This document shows positions 8,824-17,973 of a stretch of DNA of 64,000 nucleotides, piece after piece. A program made the translations under genes and the position numbers. Within the stretch, counting starts at the first letter, position 1. Each line of letters opens with the position of its first letter. Location of the stretch: assembly GCA_963721825.1 (NCBI GenBank), contig CAVRLE010000005.1:272757-336756 (forward strand), read 5' to 3'. The stretch is from an uncultured Acidobacteriota bacterium (GTDB lineage Bacteria > Acidobacteriota > Terriglobia > Acidiferrales > UBA7541). The notes beneath the pieces were generated by a model. It saw only the letters and a program-made list of their open reading frames with translations, did not search any database and had not been told where the DNA came from.

Positions 8824-9639
8824 TTACATCACAGCCTCAGGCTGTGAAACCGAGTGTGGTGGAACCAGAGGGTTATAGGCCGCCGGCGCCGGCGGCCTAT
8901 AACCGAGCGCCGAGTGCGGCCGCCTCGTGTTGTATTCCACCCGCCACTTCTCGATCACGATCTTCGCCTCTTTCAGTGAGTAGAAGATTTCTCCGTTCAG
9001 GCACTCGTCCCGCAGCTTCCCGTTGAAGCTCTCGCAGTAGCCGTTCTCCCAGGGACTTCCTGGCTCGATATACAGTGTGCCCGTACCCAGATTGCCCAGC
9101 CACTTCCGCAGTTCCTTCGCCACGAATTCCGGCCCATTATCCGAACGAATGTACTCCGGAATTCCTCGCCACAGCATCACGTCCGCCAACGTCTCGATCA
9201 CCTCACGGCTTCCCAACCGTCTCTCCACGCGGATCGCCAGACACTCCCGCGTGTATTCATCGATCAGCACCAACAACCGCAGCGCCCTTCCATCGTGGGT
9301 CATGGCCTTCACGAAGTCGTAGCTCCACACGTGATTCGCTCGTTCGGGCCGCAGTCGAACACACGACCCGTCGTTGAACCACAACCGTCCTCGGGGCCTT
9401 TGTTTTTGCGGCACTTTCAGCCCCTCCCGCCGCCAGATCCTCTGCACTCGATCCTTGCCCACCTGCCATCCCGCTTCCCGCAACTTGATCGTGATGCGCC
9501 GGTAGCCGTAGCGTCCATACTCACTGCCCAAATCGATGATCGCTCTCGTCAGTGCATCCTCGTCGGTTCGGTAGATCACCTCGTAGCGTTGTGTCCCTCT
9601 CCACTGCCCCAGCAGCCGGCAGGCATGCCGCTCTGACAT
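8824..9639 (-). CDS. IS3-family transposase OrfB (DDE/rve integrase core)
   Basis: WSYDFVKAMTHDGRALRLLVLIDEYTRECLAI...IRSDNGPEFVAKEL...IEPGSPWENGYCESFNGKLRDE. The frame stays open upstream to the slippery site (…GKLLSPERRRGAVRHARETYRMSERH). Confidence 0.9.
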   Translation of the reverse strand: MSERHACRLLGQWRGTQRYEVIYRTDEDALTRAIIDLGSEYGRYGYRRITIKLREAGWQVGKDRVQRIWRREGLKVPQKQRPRGRLWFNDGSCVRLRPERANHVWSYDFVKAMTHDGRALRLLVLIDEYTRECLAIRVERRLGSREVIETLADVMLWRGIPEYIRSDNGPEFVAKELRKWLGNLGTGTLYIEPGSPWENGYCESFNGKLRDECLNGEIFYSLKEAKIVIEKWRVEYNTRRPHSALGYRPPAPAAYNPLVPPHSVSQPEAVM

Positions 9640-9689
9640 TCGATAGGTCTCGCGAGCATGCCTGACCGCGCCACGTCGCCGCTCAGGGC

Positions 9690-9968
9690 TTAGAAGTTTC
9701 CCTCGGCCACGTCCTTCAGAATTTGCTTCTCCAAAGACAGCTCTGCCACCAACCGTTTCAACTTGTTGTTTTCCTTCTCTAGCTCCTTCAGACGTTTCGC
9801 TTGATCCAGCTTCAAGCCGCCATATTCCTTCCGCCAGCGGTAGTAGGTCTGTTGAGTGATTTCGGCTTCCTTGCAGGCTTGCGGGGTGGTCTTTCCGTTG
9901 GCGATGGCAACTTCAATCTGCCGCAGCAGCGTTACGATCTGCTCCGGCTTGTATCTCATCATGGGCAT
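9690..9968 (-). CDS. IS3-family transposase OrfA (HTH)
   Basis: MPMMRYKPEQIVTLLRQIEV...TYYRWRKEYGGLKLDQAKRLKELEKENNKLKRLVAELSLEKQILKD is the typical IS3 OrfA with a leucine zipper. Confidence 0.9.
   Translation of the reverse strand: MPMMRYKPEQIVTLLRQIEVAIANGKTTPQACKEAEITQQTYYRWRKEYGGLKLDQAKRLKELEKENNKLKRLVAELSLEKQILKDVAEGNF
9696..9702 (-). promoter_or_regulatory. candidate -1 programmed ribosomal frameshift heptamer G GGA AAC (X XXY YYZ)
   Basis: In the orfA zero frame the sequence reads ga[G GGA AAC] ttc taa. The -1 frame is open from here into orfB. A possible imperfect stem (cctgagcg...cgcggtcagg) follows. Confidence 0.6.
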
Positions 9969-10026
9969 GACCGGTCTTCCTCCAGGTTGAATTCTCTCTC
10001 ACTTCACCTGGTACAAAAATCCCCGG

Positions 10027-10614
10027 TCAGGTCAGTCTTCCCGTCGTCCGCTCGACGTAATTGGACAAGATGAACTTAGATACCTCGCCGAGCGAATGCG
10101 ACTCCGTGTCTACGGCAAGCGATTGGGCCATGTTTATGAGCCTGCCATACAGCCGCAGCTCGGAAACCATACGCGAAGGAGGAATGCGCCCGATCTTAGC
10201 AAATTCAGCCCTGTCCTTCTCATCCTCGACAGTTATGAAGGCTCCAAAAATCTCTTCGAGCGTTCCCGCCGCTTTCTCCAAGGTCTGTATAGCTCTCTGG
10301 CGGTTTTCGGTTGGACCGACCAACATTGTCCACATGGCTTCGAGGCTAGGTGAATTTCGAAGTCCCGCGACAATTGCAGCCAACACTCTCGGGTTACAAC
10401 CGTGCTTGCAAAGTTCGTCGAAATCTTCCCGTGCGCCGGGCGACGGAAGCTCTTGCGCTTCCTGTGCGGCCCATTCTGCAAAAACTTGGTCGCTGCTGAT
10501 TCCTCTAGCTTGCCGAATCGCCCGGTATGCATCCCACAAAGCCTGCTCTTCCTTGTACGGATCGTGTTCGGATTTATCTTTTTCATCCATCTCGCAATTC
10601 GCCCTGGAGTCCAT
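10027..10614 (-). CDS. hypothetical protein
   Basis: ATG at 10614 with AAGGAAG about 7 nt upstream. Acidic helical protein (MDSRANCEMDEKDKSEHDPYKEEQALWDAY...). The upstream extension of the ORF-track call covers repeat copy D and looks non-coding. Confidence 0.55.
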   Translation of the reverse strand: MDSRANCEMDEKDKSEHDPYKEEQALWDAYRAIRQARGISSDQVFAEWAAQEAQELPSPGAREDFDELCKHGCNPRVLAAIVAGLRNSPSLEAMWTMLVGPTENRQRAIQTLEKAAGTLEEIFGAFITVEDEKDRAEFAKIGRIPPSRMVSELRLYGRLINMAQSLAVDTESHSLGEVSKFILSNYVERTTGRLT

Positions 10615-10829
10615 TATGACTTCCTTGGAGACAATTGAACTGTAGGTCAAACAGTTCGTTTCCGAAGGGACATAGGTGGGGCGCGGTTGCAATAAGCCGT
10701 GAGAGGTTCGAAAGGGTTCCAGGATGGTTTTGAAACGATTCTTACACTGGAGGGTCATTCGCTTACGGGTGGAACGAACTGGCGGTTCAGAAGGGAATGG
10801 TTTTGGCCCGGAGCGCAAAAGTCGCAATT

Positions 10830-10848
10830 TGAGATTGCTAGTGATAAG
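10830..10848 (+). repeat. partial copy D of the palindromic-element core
   Basis: tgagattgctagtgataag versus consensus tgagatagctagtgataat. Confidence 0.6.
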
Positions 10849-11055
10849 AGGTGCCAGCTCAACCGGTCGATGCAACACCATCCAGTGCGTTGATTCGACA
10901 TTGCTTCCGCGGGAGAACCGTCCGTTTGGCTGTATTCGATCAAAACCTAACTAGGGCAGCGTTCCGGCTGATCTGACCCCAGCCAGCGCTTTTAGCTATT
11001 GTTTTCAATGCGAGCCGGCTCCGAGTCGAGTGTGCGTCGACCCATTGAGACCACC

Positions 11056-11073
11056 GGATTTATTAACATCTAT
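11056..11073. repeat. solitary end fragment (copy E) of the palindromic element
   Basis: ggatttattaacatctat. It is the reverse complement of the left end agatgttgataaatcc, or equivalently the right end caacatctat. Confidence 0.45.
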
Positions 11074-11581
11074 CCGAATTAGAACGCCCTGGTCTCTTCT
11101 TGGATTTCTTTTTTCTGTTTTCTCGCAGTTTTCTCTCCGCTTCGCGGCTTTCTATAAACCAGAGAGATGTGGTACTGCGCGGAGGCCGCTTCTTAATCAT
11201 TGCCTCAGACGCTAGCAGGTATTTCGACCTAGATATGCCCGTTGGCGTACAGAATCTATTTTAGAACTGGCTCACTGAGGGCCGCCTCCTGAGAACGTGC
11301 GGCAGAAGCCCGCCCGATGAACTATCCATTGAGTGTCGTCAAGAAAATTAGCTGATCTTGGCGATCCCCTCCTCAATCATTTTCTGCTGCTCAGCCTACA
11401 TTTCGAGAAATGCTAATCTTGTCCCGAGTGCCGCCGGAACATAAGCAACTCGGTGGCAAGACACAGGATTCCGCGGCTTTCGGCGAGTGAGCAAGCTTCG
11501 GGTAAGATGCTGAGGCTTCAAGAGCAGACAGCTTCTTGACACGTAGAGCTGCACAAGCAATCAACAATGGGGAAGGGGGCA

Positions 11582-12487
11582 ATGAAGGAAAAGCCGAAGA
11601 GAGTTCGGACGGCCGTGCTACCGGTGGCAGGACTCGGTACGCGGTTTTTGCCGGCGACGAAGGCAATGCCGAAGGAAATGCTGCCGGTGGTGGACAAGCC
11701 GCTGATTCAGTACGCGGTTGAGGAGTGCATGGGTTCGGGAATCGAAAATATTATTTTCGTTACGGGGCGGCGCAAGAACGCGATTGAAGATCATTTTGAC
11801 TCGGCGCCTGAGCTAGAGCAGTTCCTCGAAGCACGGGGAAGAGCAAAAGAGGCGAAGATGGTACGGGAGATCAGCGGCGGGCTGCATTTCAGCTACACGC
11901 GCCAGCGCGAGGCACTCGGTTTGGGGCATGCGGTGCTGTCGGCGCGCGAATTGGTTGGCGATGAGCCTTTCGCGGTGCTGCTGGGCGACGTGATTATGGA
12001 CGGGAAGATTCCGGCGACGCGTTCGCTCGTCGAAATTTATGAAGCGACCGGCGTCGGCGCAATCGCAGTGGAGGAAGTGCCGCGCGAGCGATTGCATTTT
12101 TATGGGATTGTGGATGCGGCGCCGGAGAAGCAGAAGAAAAATCGCTGGGGCGCTCGATTGCTGCGGATCAAGGATCTGGTCGAGAAACCGGAGCCGGAAA
12201 AGGCACCGTCAAATCTCGGCGTCACGGGGCGCTATGTGCTGCCGCCGGAAATTTTTGACTACCTCAAGAAAACCGAGCCGGGCGTGGGTGGCGAAATTCA
12301 GTTGACGGATGGGCTGCGGAAGCTGGCGGGAAAAAAGCAGCAGGGGCTGTATGCATGGGTCTACGAAGGAAAGACGCACGACGCGGGAGACAAGCTAGGA
12401 TTTTTGGAAGCGACCGTGGAAATCGCGCTAAAGAACCCGCAGTTCGGTACGGAATTTCGGACCTATTTACAGGGGTTAAAGCTGTAG
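11582..12487 (+). CDS. galU: UTP--glucose-1-phosphate uridylyltransferase
   Basis: VRTAVLPVAGLGTRFLPATKAMPKEMLPVVDKPLIQYAVEE and GLGHAV are GalU signatures. ATG at 11582 follows a purine-rich SD. Confidence 0.92.
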   Translation: MKEKPKRVRTAVLPVAGLGTRFLPATKAMPKEMLPVVDKPLIQYAVEECMGSGIENIIFVTGRRKNAIEDHFDSAPELEQFLEARGRAKEAKMVREISGGLHFSYTRQREALGLGHAVLSARELVGDEPFAVLLGDVIMDGKIPATRSLVEIYEATGVGAIAVEEVPRERLHFYGIVDAAPEKQKKNRWGARLLRIKDLVEKPEPEKAPSNLGVTGRYVLPPEIFDYLKKTEPGVGGEIQLTDGLRKLAGKKQQGLYAWVYEGKTHDAGDKLGFLEATVEIALKNPQFGTEFRTYLQGLKL

Positions 12488-12587
12488 CGCCTCCGCCGGG
12501 CAAAATCAGATGTTTGCCCAAGGACACCGACACTGTCAATTTGGCGGAATCGGCACGAAGGTGAGACCGAACGAGCGCGCTCTGACA

Positions 12588-12818
12588 TTAGTCAAGGATT
12601 TCTAGTGTGAAGCGCTTTCGCAGTTTCATCCCCACCGCGCTCAGGATTGTGCGGATGGCTCGAGCTGTACGTCCTTGGCGGCCGATTACTTTCCCAAGGT
12701 CACTTGCGTGGACACGCAACTCGAAGACGGTAACCTGCTCGCCTTCAACCGCGCGGACCTGAACCTCGTCGGGGTTATCCACGAGGGCCCTCGCGATTGC
12801 TTCTACTAGCTCCTTCAC
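12588..12818 (-). CDS. KH-domain RNA-binding protein (UPF0109/YlqC-like)
   Basis: 76 aa with [20 protein letters not shown], the GxxG KH motif. Confidence 0.85.
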   Translation of the reverse strand: MKELVEAIARALVDNPDEVQVRAVEGEQVTVFELRVHASDLGKVIGRQGRTARAIRTILSAVGMKLRKRFTLEILD

Positions 12819-12983
12819 ATGGTGCGCCTCGGCGCGCGACGGTATCAGGTTGCCTGAACCTTGATTCTACTACACGCTTTCGGCGCAATAGCGCTACCGG
12901 GTTCTCATTTGCGGTCATCGCCTCGTCATGGGTGTAAGATTCCATTCAGTCAGGGATTTGTCTATCGACACCAAGAAATCGAA

Positions 12984-13325
12984 ATGAATAGAAGAGATTT
13001 GGACCGATATAAGCGGATGCTACTAGAAAAACGTGGCGAAATGTCGGTCACAAGCGCCGACGCTGAGAGTCCGATTCCGGCCGCCGGGGGCCATCGGGGC
13101 GATCCCGTCGACCAAGCTAATGCCAACACCGCAGCGGAACTTCAGATACAGTTGCATCAAACCGACGCGCGGCTGCTACGAGCAATCGAGGAGGCAATCG
13201 CTCGGATTAGACGGGGCACATTTGGCACTTGTGAGGTTTGTTTGAATCCAATCTCTCGGGCACGCTTGGAAGCCGTGCCTTGGACACGTCACTGTCGCGA
13301 TTGCAAAGAGCGCGGACATTCTTGA
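12984..13325 (+). CDS. DksA/TraR-family C4 zinc-finger protein
   Basis: Coiled-coil N-terminus and CEVCLNPISRARLEAVPWTRHCRDC (CxxC-N17-CxxC). Confidence 0.85.
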   Translation: MNRRDLDRYKRMLLEKRGEMSVTSADAESPIPAAGGHRGDPVDQANANTAAELQIQLHQTDARLLRAIEEAIARIRRGTFGTCEVCLNPISRARLEAVPWTRHCRDCKERGHS

Positions 13326-13348
13326 CGCAACGAAACAACCCCAGAATG

Positions 13349-13708
13349 CTACAAATAGCTCGGCCTAGAAATTTTATGTCCTCGAGGGCATTTCACCTCC
13401 AGCCAAATCCAAGTTCGAAGTTCCGCGAGTCTTTCGTCGAAGTCCGTGGAGAGCGCCCTCAACGCGAAGATCACGAGAGGAGATTCGCAGGTGCTGTCTT
13501 CACATCTCATTGCTCCGGGACTCATAACATTGATGGCCGATTCGGCGTCTGCCCACGCACCGGTTCGGTCGTAGTTTGGAGAATTGATGTTCAGGGAATA
13601 GCTGGCGACTCGTTTACATCGATCACACACGAGGCCCACAGACTCAGCTTCCTGCTCCACGATTCCAATCGGTAACCAGAGGCGGTTCCCACAACCGCCG
13701 GCATCCAA
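13349..13708 (-). CDS. hypothetical Cys-rich protein
   Basis: 119-aa ORF with a TTG start. Repeat copy F lies about 170 nt upstream in the same orientation. No family recognised. Confidence 0.4.
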   Translation of the reverse strand: MDAGGCGNRLWLPIGIVEQEAESVGLVCDRCKRVASYSLNINSPNYDRTGAWADAESAINVMSPGAMRCEDSTCESPLVIFALRALSTDFDERLAELRTWIWLEVKCPRGHKISRPSYL

Positions 13709-13875
13709 ACACGCAATGCCCTACTTGACTCACAACGAGGCCTATTATAAGCCAAACTCTCTTTCCGGAAATCCGCAGAAATCAGGTCGCGTCAGGAAGC
13801 TCTACGAACGATTTTTCCAGCTCGCCTAGACATTTTCTATCACCCCAATTTCGGTTTTTTTCTAAAAAGGCGAGT

Positions 13876-13913
13876 TTTTCAACAGCCACAGGGTTTATCA
13901 CTAGCAATCTCAG
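13876..13913 (-). repeat. copy F of the palindromic-element right half (minus orientation)
   Basis: The reverse complement reads ctgagattgctagtgataaaccctgtggctgttgaaaa versus consensus ctgagatagctagtgataatccctgttcgcaac. Confidence 0.7.
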
Positions 13914-14124
13914 AACGAGACGCTTACCGGGCAACAAGTCGAGATCGTGCTGGAAGCTTGTGGTTTTGACACAGGCTAAGTGGGCTATCTCACCCCATTA
14001 TCATAAGCACTTAGCACACGTTCAGATGGAATCGTTTTGACGCGCTTCGTAGAAGCCAACTAACGATCCGAGCGACCACCCAGACAAACCGATAACTTCC
14101 GGTTTGCCGACCATCCGAAACCGA

Positions 14125-15435
14125 TTAACTCTTGCCCAGCACTGGTACTTTCTTTGGCAACAGCAAGACCAGAGCTGCTGCCATTAATAAGGGGATTGCG
14201 ACAAAGGCTAGCCCTGCAGTGAGCTTTCCAAATCGCTGGGCAAAGAAGCCGACCGCGGTCGGTCCGACAAGCCCACCCAAGTTTCCCACAGAATTGATTA
14301 GGGCAATACCCGCGGCTGCAGAGTATCCCGTCAGAAACTCATTGGGTAGTGCCCAAAAAGGGGCGATGTAACTGTACACTCCCGCCGCGAGCAAGCACAG
14401 CAATGCCATAGAAACGACCGGCGAGGGAGCAGTCCCCAGCAGGGAGAGAGCTATCGCAGCGACTAGTGCGGGTAGCGCAACGTGATAACGCCGCTCTAGT
14501 CTTCGATCGGAGCTATGGGAAACTAAAATCATAGCCGCCAACCCCGCCACGCTTGGCAAAATTAATAGCAATCCAATCGTGCTACTGGAATACGCTGTTG
14601 AAAATGATTTCACGAGCTGTGGTGCCCAGGAACTGAGGGTGTGAAGGCCAACCATCATTCCAAAATAAACAAACACGAGATGCCACACACGGCCACTGGC
14701 CAAAGCCTGAATAATCGAGTATTGACGGTGTCCCAGTTTCTGTTGTTCTTCGCGGCTCAATTCCGCTCTAATCCATTCCTTTTCATACGGGGTCAGAAAC
14801 GTTACTTCTTCAGGTCGGCTGGGTAGTATAAGGTAGGTGAGCCCGCCGAGAACTATCGCTGGTGCTCCCTCCAAAAGCAGAAGCCACCGCCAACTACTCA
14901 AGCCGAGCCAATGAATGTGATCCAAAATGAAGCCCGAAATCGGCGCCCCTATAATTGTTGTAACAGATGTGGCCATAATAAACAGGGCGAAGGCTCGTCC
15001 CTGTTCCCTTCGCGGGAACCAATAGGTTAGATACAAGAGGATTCCAGGGAAATACCCTGCTTCAGCAAGGCCGAGAAGAAACCGCATAATGTAGAGCTGG
15101 TGGACTGTGTGCACCACGCCGCTGAGGGCTGCCACTATCCCCCAGCTAATCAGGATACGCGTGATCCAAACGCGAGCTCCAACCTTGTGCAGCAACAGAT
15201 TGCTCGGGATTTCAACTGTGAAGTAGCCGAAATAGAAAATCCCAAACATCAATCCGAACTGCCGACTTGTGATGGCCAGCTCTCTATTCATCGTAAGTGC
15301 AGCAAAGCCAACGTTGTTGCGATCAATAAGGGCAACCACGAAGAGCAACAAGACAAAAGGGAGAATACGAAGGCGTAGTTTTTGAATCGTCTTCGTCCCG
15401 ATCGCGATCGATGCTGCTGCAGGACTTATACTCAT
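14125..15435 (-). CDS. MFS transporter (anion:cation symporter/ACS-like)
   Basis: 12-TM profile. LIDRNNVGFAAL...ITSRQFGLMFGIFYFGYFTVEIPSNLLLHKVGARVW is typical of ACS-family MFS permeases. Confidence 0.9.
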   Translation of the reverse strand: MSISPAAASIAIGTKTIQKLRLRILPFVLLLFVVALIDRNNVGFAALTMNRELAITSRQFGLMFGIFYFGYFTVEIPSNLLLHKVGARVWITRILISWGIVAALSGVVHTVHQLYIMRFLLGLAEAGYFPGILLYLTYWFPRREQGRAFALFIMATSVTTIIGAPISGFILDHIHWLGLSSWRWLLLLEGAPAIVLGGLTYLILPSRPEEVTFLTPYEKEWIRAELSREEQQKLGHRQYSIIQALASGRVWHLVFVYFGMMVGLHTLSSWAPQLVKSFSTAYSSSTIGLLLILPSVAGLAAMILVSHSSDRRLERRYHVALPALVAAIALSLLGTAPSPVVSMALLCLLAAGVYSYIAPFWALPNEFLTGYSAAAGIALINSVGNLGGLVGPTAVGFFAQRFGKLTAGLAFVAIPLLMAAALVLLLPKKVPVLGKS

Positions 15436-15760
15436 TTGAGTGCGAAGTTCTTGTACCGCCGGAGGCTCAGCCTGAAGGATCGCAAGACTCTATGCTCTGA
15501 AGGTTGGTCGGTCAAGCGCAATGACATGGATTAGGTGCAGCGATACTTGAAACCATCGATGCGGATCCCGTCTGGATGACGGGCAACCCGGAAGTAACCC
15601 TGCCTATCTAGCCGCAATGTACCACTACGCTTACCCGAAACTGGCAGCGAGTGTACTGAAATGCTCCCGAAAGCCATCGTCGCAAACCATTGATTTGATG
15701 CGCTAGCCTCGTTCGGTTTTCATCGTGCGAAAACCACAGGCTTTTTGGAGCGCATCTGGT

Positions 15761-17698
15761 TTACGGAGAAAGGCCGACGCGGCGAATCAAATCCGCGAAT
15801 CGCGGATCCGAGCGAAGGTCGTCATACGTCGGATCGGTCTTGAAAGCCGACGGCGCGCTGGAATGCATTTCGAGCGATTTTTCTAACCAGGCGAACGCGC
15901 GGTCCTTTTCGCCCAAGATGCTGTAGATGTAAGCGGGTAGGTCTGGATGCACTGTCCCTCCCCGCGCCGCAATAGTCTCCAAGCCCGCGACCCATGTGCG
16001 CATGGCACCCGTAAAGCCGCCAACTGCTTCTCCACGGCGAAGGTCTTGCGCCAAGTCGTCATACCCGAAACCGGACATCGCTTCTTCCCACTCTGCCACC
16101 GCTTCCTTGTACATGTGGGCTCGTTCATATCCGAAACCGAGATCGAAGTGGGCCATCGTACCGAATGCGTGTCGCGAGATGTCGTTGCGTTTGGATTCGA
16201 TAAACTGGTCAAATTGACGCCGACAATAAAACACCCATGCCACTCGGTCGCTGCCAGGATCGAGTAACTTTGTCCGTTCCGCTTCGTCCATGGCTTCGTC
16301 CATCCGGCCAATGGCCAGGAGGTAGGCTGAAAACAAGTCGTGGGCCGATGCCAGGTTGGGATTAAGTTCAATCGCGCGCCTGGCCTCTCGCTCCAGCGCA
16401 GGCCAGTTCCATTCGCGGTATTCGATCCTGCCCAGGGCTACGTGTGCTTCCGCAAGAGCCGAGTCAATCGCTAACGCTTTTTTGAGAGCTTCCCTGGCAG
16501 GTCTCTCCATCGAACGTGATGGGTACGGAAAAGTTGCGGGCACACCCCAGATTTCTCCCATCCCGACATAAGCTCGCGCGTAGTTAGAATCTTCAGTGAC
16601 CGCGCGCTGGAAGAAAGCAACAGCCTGATTCAACTCCTCCTCGTGGGCCTTCTCCGCGCCACGATGGGCGAACAGGTCCTTGGCCTTCTGGTAGTGATAC
16701 TGCCCCTGGAGATAATCGTCGATGGCATGCAAATTGATTGACGGTGCGTGCATCAAGCGGAGCTTTTCCTGCGGCGTGATCTTCACGCGGATCTCTTCCG
16801 CGATCTCATTTGCAATGTCTCCCTGCAGAGACAGAACATCTTGGAAGCTTCGCTCGTAGCTGCTTGCCCAGATGTGCTTGTCCGTTTGTCCGCGAATTAG
16901 CTGAGCTGTAATTCGTACCCGATCACCGGAACGCAGTACTGTCCCTTCGACCACAGCATCCACGCCCAACTCCCGCGCAATTTGCGGAAGCGATTTGTCG
17001 GTCTTCTTGTAGCGCATCGCTGAGGTGCGCGAGATCACTTTGAGGGCAGCGAGCTGAGAGAGTTCGGTGGTCAGGGCGTCGGTTATCCCGTCGGCGAAAT
17101 ACTCCTGCGCCGGGTCACCAGAGAGATTCGTCAAGGGCAAGACAGCCAGCGATTGAACCTTGGGGGCTCCACGCTGAGGCAGAACTTGATCACGAATTCC
17201 GGAGACGTTGAACGCGAGTAAGGCGGCAATCAGAGCGGTCACAGACATGAGCGAGAGGAGTGTCTGTCTCCATTTGCCGGACAGCTGAGATGTTTCGGTC
17301 CCCTTTTCGACCGCCGAAAATTCCTTCGGCTCGGGATCGGGGCTGCCAGTCGTTTCGTATACTGAACCAATAAACCGATAGCCGCGACGTGGGAGAGTTT
17401 CAATAAAGCGAGGTTCTTCGGCAGAGTCGACCAGGGCTTCACGCAATCGCTTGATGGCGTTGTACAAACCATGGTCGAAGTCAACGAAGGTATCCGCCGG
17501 CCAGATTCTCTGTCGGAGTTCTTCACGCGTCACGACTTCTCGCGGACGCTCGAGCAGACATTGAAGAACCTGCAAGGGCTGTTGTTGAAGCCTTACCCTA
17601 ATGCCGTGCTTTCGCAACTCCCCTGCCGCAAAATCGACCTCGAACGCACCAAAGCCAATTGTCGCTTGCGACTGACGTGCCTGGCCTGCTGCTTGCAT
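15761..17698 (-). CDS. CadC/OmpR-type winged-helix transcriptional regulator with TM segment and periplasmic TolB-like + TPR domains
   Basis: FGAFEVDFAAGELRKHGIRVRLQQQPLQVLQCLLERPREVVTREELRQRIWPADTFVDFDHGLYNAIKRLREAL...RGYRF. TM segment LLSLMSVTALIAALLAF. TPR-like C-terminus. Start set at the internal ATG 17698. Confidence 0.85.
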   Translation of the reverse strand: MQAAGQARQSQATIGFGAFEVDFAAGELRKHGIRVRLQQQPLQVLQCLLERPREVVTREELRQRIWPADTFVDFDHGLYNAIKRLREALVDSAEEPRFIETLPRRGYRFIGSVYETTGSPDPEPKEFSAVEKGTETSQLSGKWRQTLLSLMSVTALIAALLAFNVSGIRDQVLPQRGAPKVQSLAVLPLTNLSGDPAQEYFADGITDALTTELSQLAALKVISRTSAMRYKKTDKSLPQIARELGVDAVVEGTVLRSGDRVRITAQLIRGQTDKHIWASSYERSFQDVLSLQGDIANEIAEEIRVKITPQEKLRLMHAPSINLHAIDDYLQGQYHYQKAKDLFAHRGAEKAHEEELNQAVAFFQRAVTEDSNYARAYVGMGEIWGVPATFPYPSRSMERPAREALKKALAIDSALAEAHVALGRIEYREWNWPALEREARRAIELNPNLASAHDLFSAYLLAIGRMDEAMDEAERTKLLDPGSDRVAWVFYCRRQFDQFIESKRNDISRHAFGTMAHFDLGFGYERAHMYKEAVAEWEEAMSGFGYDDLAQDLRRGEAVGGFTGAMRTWVAGLETIAARGGTVHPDLPAYIYSILGEKDRAFAWLEKSLEMHSSAPSAFKTDPTYDDLRSDPRFADLIRRVGLSP

Positions 17699-17973
17699 CG
17701 GATACCGCCGCGAGGGACTTCGTGCTGCGGAGTTTACCACCGCCCCGGCACTCCGCCTAGGCATTCTCCTATCCACCTGCCGGTGCAATGAGTTTGCTGG
17801 ATAGATATAAGAGCGGAGCGGGAGAGATACGCGGGATTGACGAATTCGCATCATGCGAGCAGAAGTGAGGAAGTAAGCAAGGATTGCGGTGCTGCCGACG
17901 CCAAACGGCTAGCGACTGACGCGCGCGCGACTCAAAGAGAGCAGAAAATTCGTAAGTCTACGGAGGTGCTGAA

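Larger units (their letters stand above)
8797..10019 (-). mobile_element. IS3-family insertion sequence (orfA/orfB with -1 frameshift), apparently intact
   Basis: Terminal inverted repeats tttttgtaccacggcgaatgagagag (8797-) and the reverse complement of ctctctcacttcacctggtacaaaaa (-10019), with TG...CA ends at 8801/10015. It contains orfA and the DDE orfB. Confidence 0.9.

Noticed and set aside
12498-12519. Hairpin gggcaaa-N8-tttgccc between convergent galU and the KH-protein gene as a terminator
   Set aside because: The stem is only 7 bp and no T-run follows on either strand. It is plausible but not supportable as an intrinsic terminator.
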